A stretch of 63,172 bases of DNA, the filler included, from Welwitschia mirabilis (lineage: Eukaryota): assembly GCA_051453625.1 (NCBI GenBank). It is 7 parts of one record of this genome, joined end to end, with 100 filler letters (N's around TTAATTAATTAA, not from the genome) between each part and the next. Parts side by side here need not be neighbours in the genome. Positions count along the whole stretch, not along the records: positions 11,045 to 36,958 come from JBOZIK010000001.1; 6 more parts are not named here. One strand, written 5' to 3'. Under the pieces are notes generated by a model. That model was not told the DNA's origin. It was given only the letters and a program-made list of their open reading frames with translations, and made no database searches. Each line of letters starts with the position of its first letter. Positions within the stretch are counted from its first letter, which is position 1. The position numbers were made by a program, and so were the translations under genes. Shown piece by piece: positions 24,952 through 37,058 of this stretch.

Positions 24952-27923
24952 TATTGTAATGCCAATTTGTAGGAATTTGATAGTGTATTTTAAGTACTCT
25001 TGTAGAACATTCATATAGGTTTTGATGCAATACTAATAACTATAAAGATTTGATAGGATGATTATTAGAACATGTGATCTTTAGCATTTTTGGTAGTTCC
25101 TTAGGCTCATTCGGATTTTGCATATTTGGAAGAAGGACCTTATGATGCAACAGACTGACTTACCTTGGAGAGTGGAGANNNNNNNNNNNNNNNNNNNNNN
25201 NNNNNNNNNNNNNNNNNNNNNNNNNNNNNNNNNNNNNNNNNNNNNNNNNNNNNNNNNNNNNNNNNNNNNNNNNNNNNNATTATCATTTATTGTTTGATAA
25301 CATTAGCATACTTGACATCATCATAATAATTTCCTATTAGAATGGAACTTTATGAATTTTTAAATTATGTCATGCATCACTATCAAGTGATTTTATGATT
25401 GTTGCTAAGGGAATTTGTTAGGTTAGCATTTAGGGTAATAAAGCAATCTTCTTCATCTTTCTAATTGTCCATTTTCATTTTTATTTTTTTCTTTAGTTAT
25501 TTCATTACATTTTCAAAGTTATTCTTCATACATTTTAAACATTATATCATGGACCTAGTCTTTTCTAGATTCTTGTTATTTCTCCATAATTTTTTCTAGA
25601 GGATTGTTGTTTCTTTCTGACCGATTTACATGATTTGATGAGTTCTAGTTTTTTATGTGTTGTTTAGATACATTTAAGGTGTCTTTAAGCATTACTTCTC
25701 CACATTTAGTGCATTTTCATCTACTATTGCCTTTCCATTCTCCACTATGAGATCACTTTTTAGGCTGATACTTCATTTTTTCTTGGGTTGCTATCTTCTT
25801 TCTATTATTTTTCTACATTTTCTGATTTTCTAACATTTTTTAGGCTTTATCTTCCTCTCTAAATAGCTATTTTGATGACTGTCATCCCATAGATGTCATC
25901 TCCACAATAGAGGGATGACACTCCTTTTCTATTCATGGTGCAATTTGGGATGTCTTGCTTCTTCTGGAGGGGTAAGATACCTTTTTTGGCGTTAATCTCT
26001 ACTTATCAGCATAAATTTTTTAATTTTTGAGCTTTGATAGTCTAACTCTATGATGGGTTGTTTGGATGAGTTTTTCATCCTATTTGAATAAATTCTTTGG
26101 AGAATACATGAACTTTATTTTGCAAGATCTAGCAACACTCTCACATGTTTTTTCATAGCCATGTTTTCAAATCATCTAAATTTTACTATATCTACTTCTT
26201 TCCCTTGCCTTTTTAATGATACTAATGGATTTTGGACATTATATTCTAGAAAATAATGCTACTTAAGCTATTATGATAGTTCATTATTATTGTTTCTATA
26301 ATATGAATACATATCTTTTTTTTAATGTGCCATCAACATACATTTTTATGATGTCTATATGTGTATCACATTCTTTCATTCTATAATGACATGTTTAAGT
26401 AGGAGGCTTAGGAAAAATTTTTAGCACTTATTTTTATTACCTATTGATGATATCATGATTTTATGAACTCAATTTATATCCCTTTTAAGCATTGTTTCTT
26501 TATCTTAGATAAATTGTCTCATAATCTAGTTGATCGCTACTTTGTCAGGGACTGACAAGGATAAATAGGAGGCTATATTATGATGCCAATTTGTAGGAAT
26601 TTGATGGTTTATTTTAAGTACTTTCGTAGGACATTCATATAGGTTTTGATGTAATACTAATAACTATGAAGATCTGATAGGATGATCAGCAAAACATGTG
26701 ATCCTTAGCATTTTTGGTAGCTCTTTAAGCTTATTCTGATACTGCATATTTAAAAGAAGGATCTTATGATGCAAAATACTGACTTACCTTAGAGAGTGAA
26801 GAAAAGGAAGATTGTCATCCCCTTTGTCATCCTCATGACAAGTAAGACGATGACACTGCTGATATGAACTGAGGCTGTGGGGCTGATAGCAGCACATGGA
26901 GAACATGGAGACATGTGACAGAGTGTCATCCCTGTGTCATCCACATGACAGGTAGGACAATGAAATAAGTAACATAGGCAGACAACCCACAGGGCTAATG
27001 GTAGCATAGGGGTTATAGGGAAGTAGGTGACACATGGTGTCATCCCTATGGTGATCCCTACAACAATCGGGATGATAACTATTTTTACATATTCAAAATA
27101 ATTATCATTGTAAATGATGTCAAATAAACCATGTGGGTTATTAGGATTTTTTTTTCCCACCTTTAGGATTTTGCCTCCAATTCCTTAAGTGAAAAACTAT
27201 AAATACCATTCACCTCCTTTATTTCTACTTCATCTTTTGTACCCGATACTTGTGATGGAGGATTGAAGAGCAAGAGGTCCATCTAGTGCTATAAAAAGGA
27301 GTCTTTTTGGTGTTAGTTTGAGTCTCTTCCATTGAGGTGCTATTGTTCTGATAGTAAGTGGATGTTATTCTAAATACTCTTTGAGTTAATACAATTTCTT
27401 CTTTTCATTTCAATTTTTGAATATCCCTTATGATTTGAATTGGTTATAGTTGCATGATAGATCTATGATTTATTTAGATCATAAGGGTAACCTTTATTAA
27501 GATTTACCTTGGTTAGTAGTAGTAGATTTGCATTACATTCCATTTTATTTCATATTGCATATTCTTACTTAGATATATCTCATAGTTTATGTTGATTAGA
27601 AACTAGTGGATGCTCTTCTTAATTGATATAAGTTATAGAGAAAGTAGACTTTGTAATAGAAGGACTAGAATCTAAGTATAAATCCATTCCTAATTCCATT
27701 CATTACATTCCATATTCACTCATCCTTCTAGTTTGATAAATACTTTGAGAAAAGACTAAAACATACTTTGAGAAATTAATTGTCTAACTTTAAGCCTAGT
27801 GTCTTCATTGGATTATGACATTTAGGTGAACTCTCGTCGATACTTAAGTGTGCTTTTTTGCAAGTTATTTGATTTACAAGTTTTCTGAAGGACTTTATGA
27901 TTGCATACATTTACACTACAACA
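24952..27923 (+). mobile_element. Element C1: ~3 kb non-coding LTR element nested in D
   Basis: 24952-25158 matches 26576-26800; PBS remnant about 25395-25412; PPT aaataggaggcta; 3' LTR 26576-27923; TSD ttccc (24947-24951) / ttcct (27924-27928). Confidence 0.85.
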
Positions 27924-30900
27924 TTCCTATTTTCCAACCCTCTCTTTTCCACTAAAACATAGGTATGCCAATAGACNNNNNNNNNNNNNNNNNNNNNNNN
28001 NNNNNNNNNNNNNNNNNNNNNNNNNNNNNNNNNNNNNNNNNNNNNNNNNNNNNNNNNNNNNNNNNNNNNNNNNNNNTTTGAGAAATTAATTCTCTAACTT
28101 TAAGCCTAGTGTCTTCGTTGGATTATGACATTTAGGTGAACTCTTGTCTATACTTAAGTGTGCTTTTTTGTAAGTTATTTGATTTACAAGTTTTTCTGAA
28201 GGACTTTATGATTGCATAAATTTACACTACAACATTCCTATTTTCCAACCCTCTCTTTTTCACTAAAACATAGGTATGCCAATAGACTTAGCTAAACTAA
28301 ACCTCCTTCTATAAAAGAATGAAGAAGAGATAGATGATGAAGGATATTTTTTGTTACAATCCCTTCATAAGTATATGAAACAAAGTGAATAAGAAGCACA
28401 ACAATTTGAAAAACTTAGTAAAAATTTAGAGAAATTAGAAGAATCCATTACCTAATTCTATAGTTAATAATATTCTCAATTCTACTCCACCACATTTTTT
28501 ACTTCCTACCTTAATAATGATGGAGAGGACATTGATATTACTACCTAAAGTGATATCAACTCTTAATGCTAATATGATAGAAATTTTGAAGGAATTTTCC
28601 AACCTTTTGGAGGATTACCCAAGTGAGAATGACAAAGTTTAACTTAACAAATGAAAAAAAGGATGAGGGGGAATGAGAATGATAATTAAAGATAAATTTT
28701 ATACTACTTACCCAAACTCCACTCAATTTTGCAAAATAATGAAAAAAATTCTAAAAATCTTGGCATGTAAAGAAGATGATGACATTGCTCTTTATAATCT
28801 TTTTGATGTTGAATCCAACTATTTATAACATGATGAAGATAATAGTAAATAAAGAATAATAAATTTCAACAATAAAGAAAAAACCCAAAAAGTAGCCATG
28901 GAAAACTAATAAAGTCCAATGAAGAGAGACTTAGCATGACCAATAAGCCAGCCCAAATTACAGATTCTAATCCTATCAAGTATGAATCTTAAAGTAAATT
29001 TTTTTACTATACTTTTAAATTGATTATGCATTGTAATTCTAATGATATTCATCTTTCTAGAAAACATGATTTATAATTGCTTGGGATTTTAAATTAGGAA
29101 AATCCTTACCTTCTTGAGTAATATCATTGATATGTTTAATAAGAATTATTCTTATACCTTAGTTTACCAATTTGATAGAATAATATTTTTTAATGCATTA
29201 TACCAATTTATCATTTCTTATTTATCTTTTTAACTTTGTGCTATCATTATAATATCACGTTTAAATTCGTATTACTAATTGATACTTATTAATAATGATT
29301 TTGTACCCTTCATATTCAATCAATTAGTTTCAAAATGGTTTGATTCTTATTTCACTAAAAAGATATAATTTGATGACTATGTTAAATAAACTAATATTTG
29401 AAATAAGTATCAACATAAAGTAAAGGAATAATATCTTATTAAAGTAATTGTTTTTATGAATTATGTACACCTCTTATATTTTATGAATTATATTTAGATG
29501 ATTCCTCTTTTTCCATACATAGTAACTTGATTTTATTTTAGTTATTCATCATATAGTATGTATAATTATTTCATACTTTTTTAATTTATGGATTATCAAT
29601 TAGATTTAAACCAATTGAGAGGTATTCAAATAGCTATAAACTCTCATTCCAAGAGAGGAAAATGTGCTTAATTAAGTTTATTATATTATATTCTTATCTC
29701 TTCATCAACTTCATTATGATGCTAAAAATTATTAGTGCCTTAATATATGTAAAGTTGTTTTTCATTAAAAAAATTAAAAATAAAAGAAAAAAGGTAGGAA
29801 AAGGATATTTAAAATATTCGAAAAATATGAATATGAAATATGGAAGCACTTTGGATAATCATGCCTATTCTATATTGGGGATTACTACACTAAGACAAAG
29901 TTTCCTAATGGCTCATGTCGTATCTAATAAGTCCTATCACTTGTGATAAAAGCAAGATTAATGGTTCCAAAAATAACACTCCATAATGAAAGGAATCTAA
30001 GGTATAAAGAGGTACATCTAAAAGTATGCCATGATTATCACCTTGTTACTAGTCTTATTAGTTATGCATCTATCTTTCTTTGTTGATGATTAGTGATCAT
30101 GGCTATAATATGTTAATTTTAATTAGTATGTTGTCATGTTGATTCACATTATTAAAATAGAACTGTAATGTTTTACTGATTTTGAATTGTATATCGTATT
30201 TGGAAATAAGATGCCATTGGTAAGTGATCAATTTCAAATAAGATACATTCTATTGCAAAATGTTAGTTTGTATTACTTAAGTTAGAAACAATTCAAATTT
30301 ATTTATGTGTGTTTTTCTATTACTTAANNNNNNNNNNNNNNNNNNNNNNNNNNNNNNNNNNNNNNNNNNNNNNNNNNNNNNNNNNNNNNNNNNNNNNNNN
30401 NNNNNNNNNNNNNNNNNNNNNNNNNNNAAAGTTATTTATGTGTGTTTTTCTATTACTTAAGAGAAACATAGCATTATAATAACTTGCATTTCTATAATTC
30501 TTGATCAAGGCACCTCTATGTCATTGTATTACCATTGAATTCTTTACTTCACTACTAAAAATTCTTATTTAATCACTCTTTAAACTTTTTCCCTAATGTT
30601 TTACATTTCATGGAGGATACTTTTTCATGAAAAAGTTCTCTGAATTTAGGATGAGTTTATTATCATGTGGGAGGATGGAATCCTTAAAGATTAGAGTTGT
30701 ACATGATAAATTTATGAAAAGTTATGTTTTTATAAAAATTGAAAAATTATTTTTATAAATTTAATGAAAATTCAAATGGCTTATGAGATGGACTTAATGC
30801 TATGTAATATCATTTTGAAATATTTTTGTTTCCTTAAAATTTGGCTTATCTTTCTTATTATTCACTTATTTTGCCAAGGATTGACAAAAGCTAAGTGGGA

Positions 30901-33900
30901 GACTATGTTCTGAGACTAAATTGGTCAATTTAATATAATTTTTATAATTAATTTAATCATTTTTATGTGAATAATGAAAAATGAAATTGAGTATAATTTG
31001 GATTAAATTGGATGTTCATCTGGATCAAGTTACTATAGTAAATTAGTGTAGTAAAGTTACTGTGATAGCTAAACTTATCATAGTAATTAAACTTAATGTA
31101 GAAGAGGCATTGTAATAGGTTACTATGGCATCATCCACCTTGTTGTCTACACAAAATTATAGGATGACATCACTATAGCAGAGTTACTGTACTACTCACT
31201 ATAGCAAAAAGTTACTCTAGCAAGTTACTATAGCATCATTCACCTCATTGTTTGGATAATACTAATAGGACAATAGTCAGTACAGAACCAATAAAAAAAG
31301 AACAATTTTTAACATAGGATTTATCATTCACCTATGGTCATATACATGCTCCTAGAACAATATTAAAAACATTCAAAGTTGATAAGTATTCAATGTTAAG
31401 AAGTAGTTGCTACTATTGTTTACCTCATTATTAGGATGACGCTCCTAAATTACACTTAGTTATTTATTTAAAAATATATAATTAAAGCAACAATTAACAT
31501 AGGTCCATCCTAATTTTGAGAAGGGTTTTTTTCTTAGTATTGGAATAATATTCCTCTATGTAAATGTTGTTTCTCATCAAAGTATGTAAGTATGCTTTTT
31601 AATTTAATTAATAATAAAGTATGCTTTATTTAATTCTCTCTTTTTCTCTTTCTTGTTTTCAATGATATTTCCTTCAAGATTAAATTGACATTGTTAAAAA
31701 CATATTACAGGTTTTGAGGATTAATCTAGATGATAATAAATTAGTAGTTTAGATAATCAAATTGCATTAGAATTGCATTCATTTATCATAGTTATTTTAC
31801 ATGGCATTGCATCATAGAATTTGATTATTTCATTATTAATTTAGTTCATTTTGTTGATTCAAAAACATAATTAATTCTATTATGCTCTTGCTAATTCTTG
31901 TTCTTTTATTGGAATAAGATATTTCAACTCACTTTTATTAAAGTTTTTGAGTCTATGTAAAATCTCACTACCATACTAGAGGTCTTGTATTACTTGACTT
32001 TATAATGTTTTAAGACTAACTAGCAAGTCATTTAGTAACATTACACTATGAAATTACATATTCCTTTAAGTTAAAATATTGATATAAGACATGACATTTT
32101 TTAGTATATGTACAAATCTATTTTAAAAATTAGAGTCATAACTAAATCAATGAAAATTGATCTTATAATTCCATTCTTAGTTGATATAATCTTGATAATA
32201 AATAATGTGCCTCATTAATTTCCCTAGGATAAGTACAGTTTAGATTTGTCTAACTTATCCTTTTTGAATCAAATACTTTAGTTGGAACCTCTTCTCCTCT
32301 TAAATATAAGGAAAGTTAACTTTCTTTCTATAGCATATCTAACCACAATCACAAGTTCTATCATATGTTTAGGAGGAACTCATGATCTTTATGATAAATA
32401 GAAATTTATATCTTAGGTCAAAAAGGCAAAATTATCCAAAATAATGGAGGAGGATAAATTTAATTTTTTATTTACTCCTATAAATACTTGATTAGTATAT
32501 TTTGTGGACTAAGTAGAAATCTAAGGAAAAAAACCTCATACTTAGAGAAGAAGTTAAATATTTAAAATTGAGAATAATTTTGCAAAGATAAATTGATTTT
32601 TTTGCAATTAAAATTAGATAAAATTAGGGAATAAAAATCTTAGATTAAGAATAGGTGTTCATGGAAAAACTTGGCTACATTTCTATTTATCATTAATATA
32701 TGTTAATAAGCAAGATTTTCCTAGGGACACAAATCTTGTGTCATCAAACCTAACTTTTATTGATAAATCTAGAACTTCTATTTATAGAATAGCCCTAACA
32801 TTGTTCTTCCATGAGGATAGACATGGTAGACTATGAATCAAAGTAAGCATAATAAAAATGAGTATAAATAACTAAAATTTATAATAAAGTCAAGAATGAA
32901 ATATAACATAAATACTAGCATAATCACTTCAAAAAAATCATAAGTCTTTAGTTAAATTTATGTAGCTTTGGCTTAAGCACAGTGGCATAATATCATCCAC
33001 CATAGACACGAAGGTGATGTCTCCAAGCCACATAGCCTTCATAATAATAATATTAAAAGCATAAAAATAGGGGTGTTTTAAGATCCATTAAATAAAGATT
33101 TAGGCTATGCAAGATAAAGTAAAGACAATAATCACCATGATCTTAAAATAATAACATACCTTAGCCAATATTAAGCATAACAAGTATGAAATAAATCACA
33201 ACTTGATATCAAAGCAATGCATTAAGGAAATAACATATAGCACTTTATTATTAGGTAATTAAAGAATGTAATTATGAAAAGCACTCATGCTAATCAAAGA
33301 AACATCATGCTAGCTTGAAATCTAGCCCACCCATAATGAGAGGATTTGAAAAACACATAACTAAAGTTTCCATAATCTCTTGTGCGATTTGATGAATGAT
33401 AGATGCCTTTAAGTGAAGTGAAATAAGGTATCTATAGGCCAAGTTAGGGTTTTTTAAGTAAGGCTTTTAAGGCCTAATAACATTATTCTTTATAATTCCT
33501 ATAGTATAGATTATCATGCTTTAGACATGCAGCCAATTTAATGGATTCTTCTTAGAAGATATTCTTCATTTATCATTTGCTTTTGGAAATGTCCCAAATG
33601 GATTACTTAAGTAAAAAAAAGTTTAAGAACATAAGCATGAATCCATTTTAGTGTCATAGCTCTTGGAACTAGTGCCATCATCAATAATACCTAGCACACC
33701 TTCACACTTTACCATGATACTTTAAATGATACAAATATCCTACATAATGATAGTGTTAAGGCAAATTATTAGTAAAGTTGAATTTCAATTGCTTTAAGCA
33801 TAATAAAGTGAAATGTCCTAGGTTTTTAATCTAAAACTATGAGCTCAAACTTCCACAATTCTTTTATTAATTATTTAAGTTAACATTTCTTAAATCAATG

Positions 33901-34217
33901 TATATGCATATAAAAATACATTTCTAAGTAACTTTTGCAAGTTAAGAAGATAAATAACTCACATCATGTTTAAATACAATAGCAAATATATGATTCTTTA
34001 TTTTTAGGATAATTTAAGTATCATATTGATATCATATATTAAAAGTCAACCATAAGATACAATAAATTATAAGTTATAAGAATGAATAAAACACTCCCTT
34101 TTACTAATTTCTCATGTTGAAGCTAAAAAAATCAACATCTCCAAATGTCCTTCTTGGTAAGACAAATCAGTTTTTTTCCCCCTCCATTCAAGTACCTATT
34201 AAATACAAAGAACATGG

Positions 34218-36200
34218 TGTAAGAACTAAAACCTTTATAGTTTCTAGTATGACCTAGGGAAGGCAAGATAAGATTTGGATTTCCACATCTCAAGATAGAT
34301 AACACAAAAATAAGAACTTCAAGAGATGAGGATTATCACAAGAATGATGATCTTATGATTATGAAATGAAAATAACCGGTTTATAAAATTTCCATATATT
34401 TTCAATATTTTCCACTGTCTCATTCGGTAATCTATGGGTCTCATATAATATTTCCATATTCTCTTACTTCACTATCTCATTCAGTAATCTGTGAAGCCTA
34501 CTACCTCATTTGGTGATCTATGGTTTAATCCATAAATTTCACTATCTTGTTTGACAATTCATGGGTTCTTACATTCTATTGCCTTATTTGGTAATCTATA
34601 GAATACTCATTTCCATAAGATCATAATAAATTAAAACTTTGAAAGAAATATGATGAAGGTATAACTATGTAACATAAACCCGTGACAAAACAACTTAAAT
34701 TTAGATTTAAAAAAGTCTCATCCAGCAAAAGTAGCAAAAGCTAAGATTTACATCTAGGAATTCATCTATCTAGTATCAACATCACATATGTCTATCTCTG
34801 TTACCAATATTTTTAAGAAAGACAAATATAATAGAGATATGAAAAAGAAATGCTTATAACGAAAAGACTAACAAAAAAGCAAGAACAGACTAAGACCATA
34901 CAAGAATAAAATGAAAACCATAAAAATCATACAAGAATGGAATGAAGAATCATAAACCATACAATAAAGGAATCAAAGAACTATAAGCTGTATAAGAAAA
35001 TATTCGAAGGATCAAAAACCATATCCAAATAAAATGATAATTCAAAAACTCTAAAGATTCTAGGACTCGAAGATCGACAACAAAGGCTTTTCCAAAAATA
35101 AAGGTGAGGGAAAAGGGAAAAGAGGATCTTATTTATAGCTGAGGGTGTGGAATTCAAAAGGACATAAGAATATAAAAATATACCATCATAAACAAGGCTA
35201 GTTAAGGTGGTAAAAATTGGTAAATATTCCATAACCCTCATTATTCAATTATTTGTTAGGCCACTAGGTGCATTTATATCTTAACAATAAAGCATAATGT
35301 TCATCATGCAATTACTATAATAATAAGTAATTTTCAAAAAATTACATAAAAGATATTTTATGATTAAAATAGATAAAGTCCAGTAGTTACAATAATTTAA
35401 TCACTATGAATTATAATTAACTCACTAAGAATTTTTAACAAGGGAAATATTATAACTACTACAAAATATGAGGAATTATAGCAAAAAATTTCCATGATAA
35501 AATTACACCAATGGAAATCAGGAAGTTAATACATGCAATAATTACACTAGCTTAATAAATCTATAATAATAAAATTATTTTAACTAAAATTTTAAGTTAA
35601 ATCTTTGAAAAATCTAGGAATGACATTTCTCCACCCCTTAAAATTTTCATTCTTAAAATTTAAACAAGAAAACTTAGTTCTTCAATACATCTAATTTATA
35701 CTTCCTAGTTGCTTTTGCTTCTATCTCTTATAATCGTTGTACTTTATAAAATTAAATTTATCTTCCTTTAATATCATATAAATTTTTAAATAAGTTGTTA
35801 GATTTGCTAATTGATTATCATAATAACATCAAGCATCTCTTATGTCCGGAATAATCAAACCTATACAAATTTTCTTCCTATTCTATATCACTTTCTTTTT
35901 TGTTAATTACCTTTTCTACCTTATTTCATTATAATAGAGGATGGTTCTCTCATAGATAGATGGCTTCCATTACATTATACATACTTTGACCAATTTTTCT
36001 CACATTTGTGTGTTGATAACTTAAGCCAAATCTTCTTTTTATTTTACTCATGAAAGTAATTTTTGTTTGTATTTTAAAGATAATACATGAAAAAGGGATA
36101 AATCTTACACTATATAAGGATTTACCAAGTAACATGGAGTATGATGCCCTATAGTATAGCAACATAAAAATAAAAGGCTAGTTTTTATTTCTTAAGATTT
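34218..36200 (-). mobile_element. Tekay/Del chromovirus 3' fragment: integrase/chromodomain relic, PPT and 3' LTR
   Basis: Reverse complement of 35617-35662 reads aattttaagaatgaaaattttaaggggtggagaaa|tgtcattcc, a decayed AATTTCGAGGACGAAA...AAGGGG PPT. Upstream relics VQR...KATRK...LF and YYRASYSMLLGKSLYS resemble EEATWE and SYHASIGMAPFEALYG. Left LTR edge (tgtaag at 34218) is tentative. Confidence 0.6.
34412..34601. repeat. Five degenerate ~26-bp repeats inside the Tekay-like LTR
   Basis: Consensus near cactatctcattcggtaatctatgg at about 34412, 34469, 34498, 34539 and 34576. Confidence 0.75.
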
Positions 36201-36891
36201 AGATATGTAAGCCCTAAAAATACTACATTTTTTAAATAAATTTAGCCTTCGTGTGCACTTGTATAGCTATTTCCATAGATCTTTTTATAACAATAGTCCT
36301 GTTGAATTTGTGATAAATAAGAAAACATAAAATAAGGTTGGAGAAGTAATGGATCATGTCTTATATGTTTTTGAGATGTGAAAGTTATGCTTTATGATAC
36401 ACATAACAATTCCATTACTAATGTCATTATTACTATTATTCTAATTGTTTGGAATTTGACTCATTTATCTAAGTTCATAAATCAATAAAAGTATACAAGC
36501 ATTTAAAATCCCAACCATATGCTATGCGTATATTCAACTCTCATCCTTTAAACTTTGCATAATAGTGAATTAGGTCTAAGNNNNNNNNNNNNNNNNNNNN
36601 NNNNNNNNNNNNNNNNNNNNNNNNNNNNNNNNNNNNNNNNNNNNNNNNNNNNNNNNNNNNNNNNNNNNNNNNNNNNNNNNATAAATCAATAAAAGTATAC
36701 AAGCATTTAAAAATCCCAACCATATGCTATACATATATTCAACTCTCATCCTTTAAATTATTGCATAATAGTGAATTAGGTCTAAGCTATCCCAAACCTA
36801 TAAAACATCAAGAAAATAAAATATAATATTGTTTAAATTCCATCTTACTATCTCACACTCTCATAATTACTTTAACAAAAAAAAAATTTTA

Positions 36892-36920
36892 TGTGTGGGT
36901 GTGTGGGTGGGTGGGTGGGT

Positions 36921-36958
<38 letters not shown>
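36892..36958. repeat. (GGGT)n/(GT)n microsatellite at a contig end
   Basis: Read directly. Confidence 0.95.
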
Positions 36959-37058
36959 NNNNNNNNNNNNNNNNNNNNNNNNNNNNNNNNNNNNNNNNNN
37001 NNTTAATTAATTAANNNNNNNNNNNNNNNNNNNNNNNNNNNNNNNNNNNNNNNNNNNN
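36959..37058. other. Artificial assembly linker
   Basis: TTAATTAATTAA at 37003-37014 between 44-N runs. Confidence 0.97.

Larger units (their letters stand above)
18498..32060 (+). mobile_element. Element D: non-autonomous Athila-like LTR element hosting a LINE and element C1
   Basis: 5' LTR 18498-24322 (split by the LINE); PBS tggcattgttgttaggga 24326-24343; PPT ctaagtgggagacta 30891-30905; 3' LTR 30906-32060; flanks atcct / ttcct (4/5, possible TSD). Confidence 0.82.

Noticed and set aside
26789-27160. 123-aa Cys-rich hydrophobic ORF
   Set aside because: Antisense to the gtcatc/gatgac repeat block of the C1 3' LTR; no protein motif recognised.
32061-34200. LTR-like AT-rich sequence
   Set aside because: Probably repeat-derived, but I found no partner LTR, PBS, PPT or coding motif to support a call.
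34412-34601. CRISPR-like repeat-spacer pattern
   Set aside because: Repeats are degenerate, spacers range from about 3 to 31 bp, no cas genes are present, and the context is a plant LTR.
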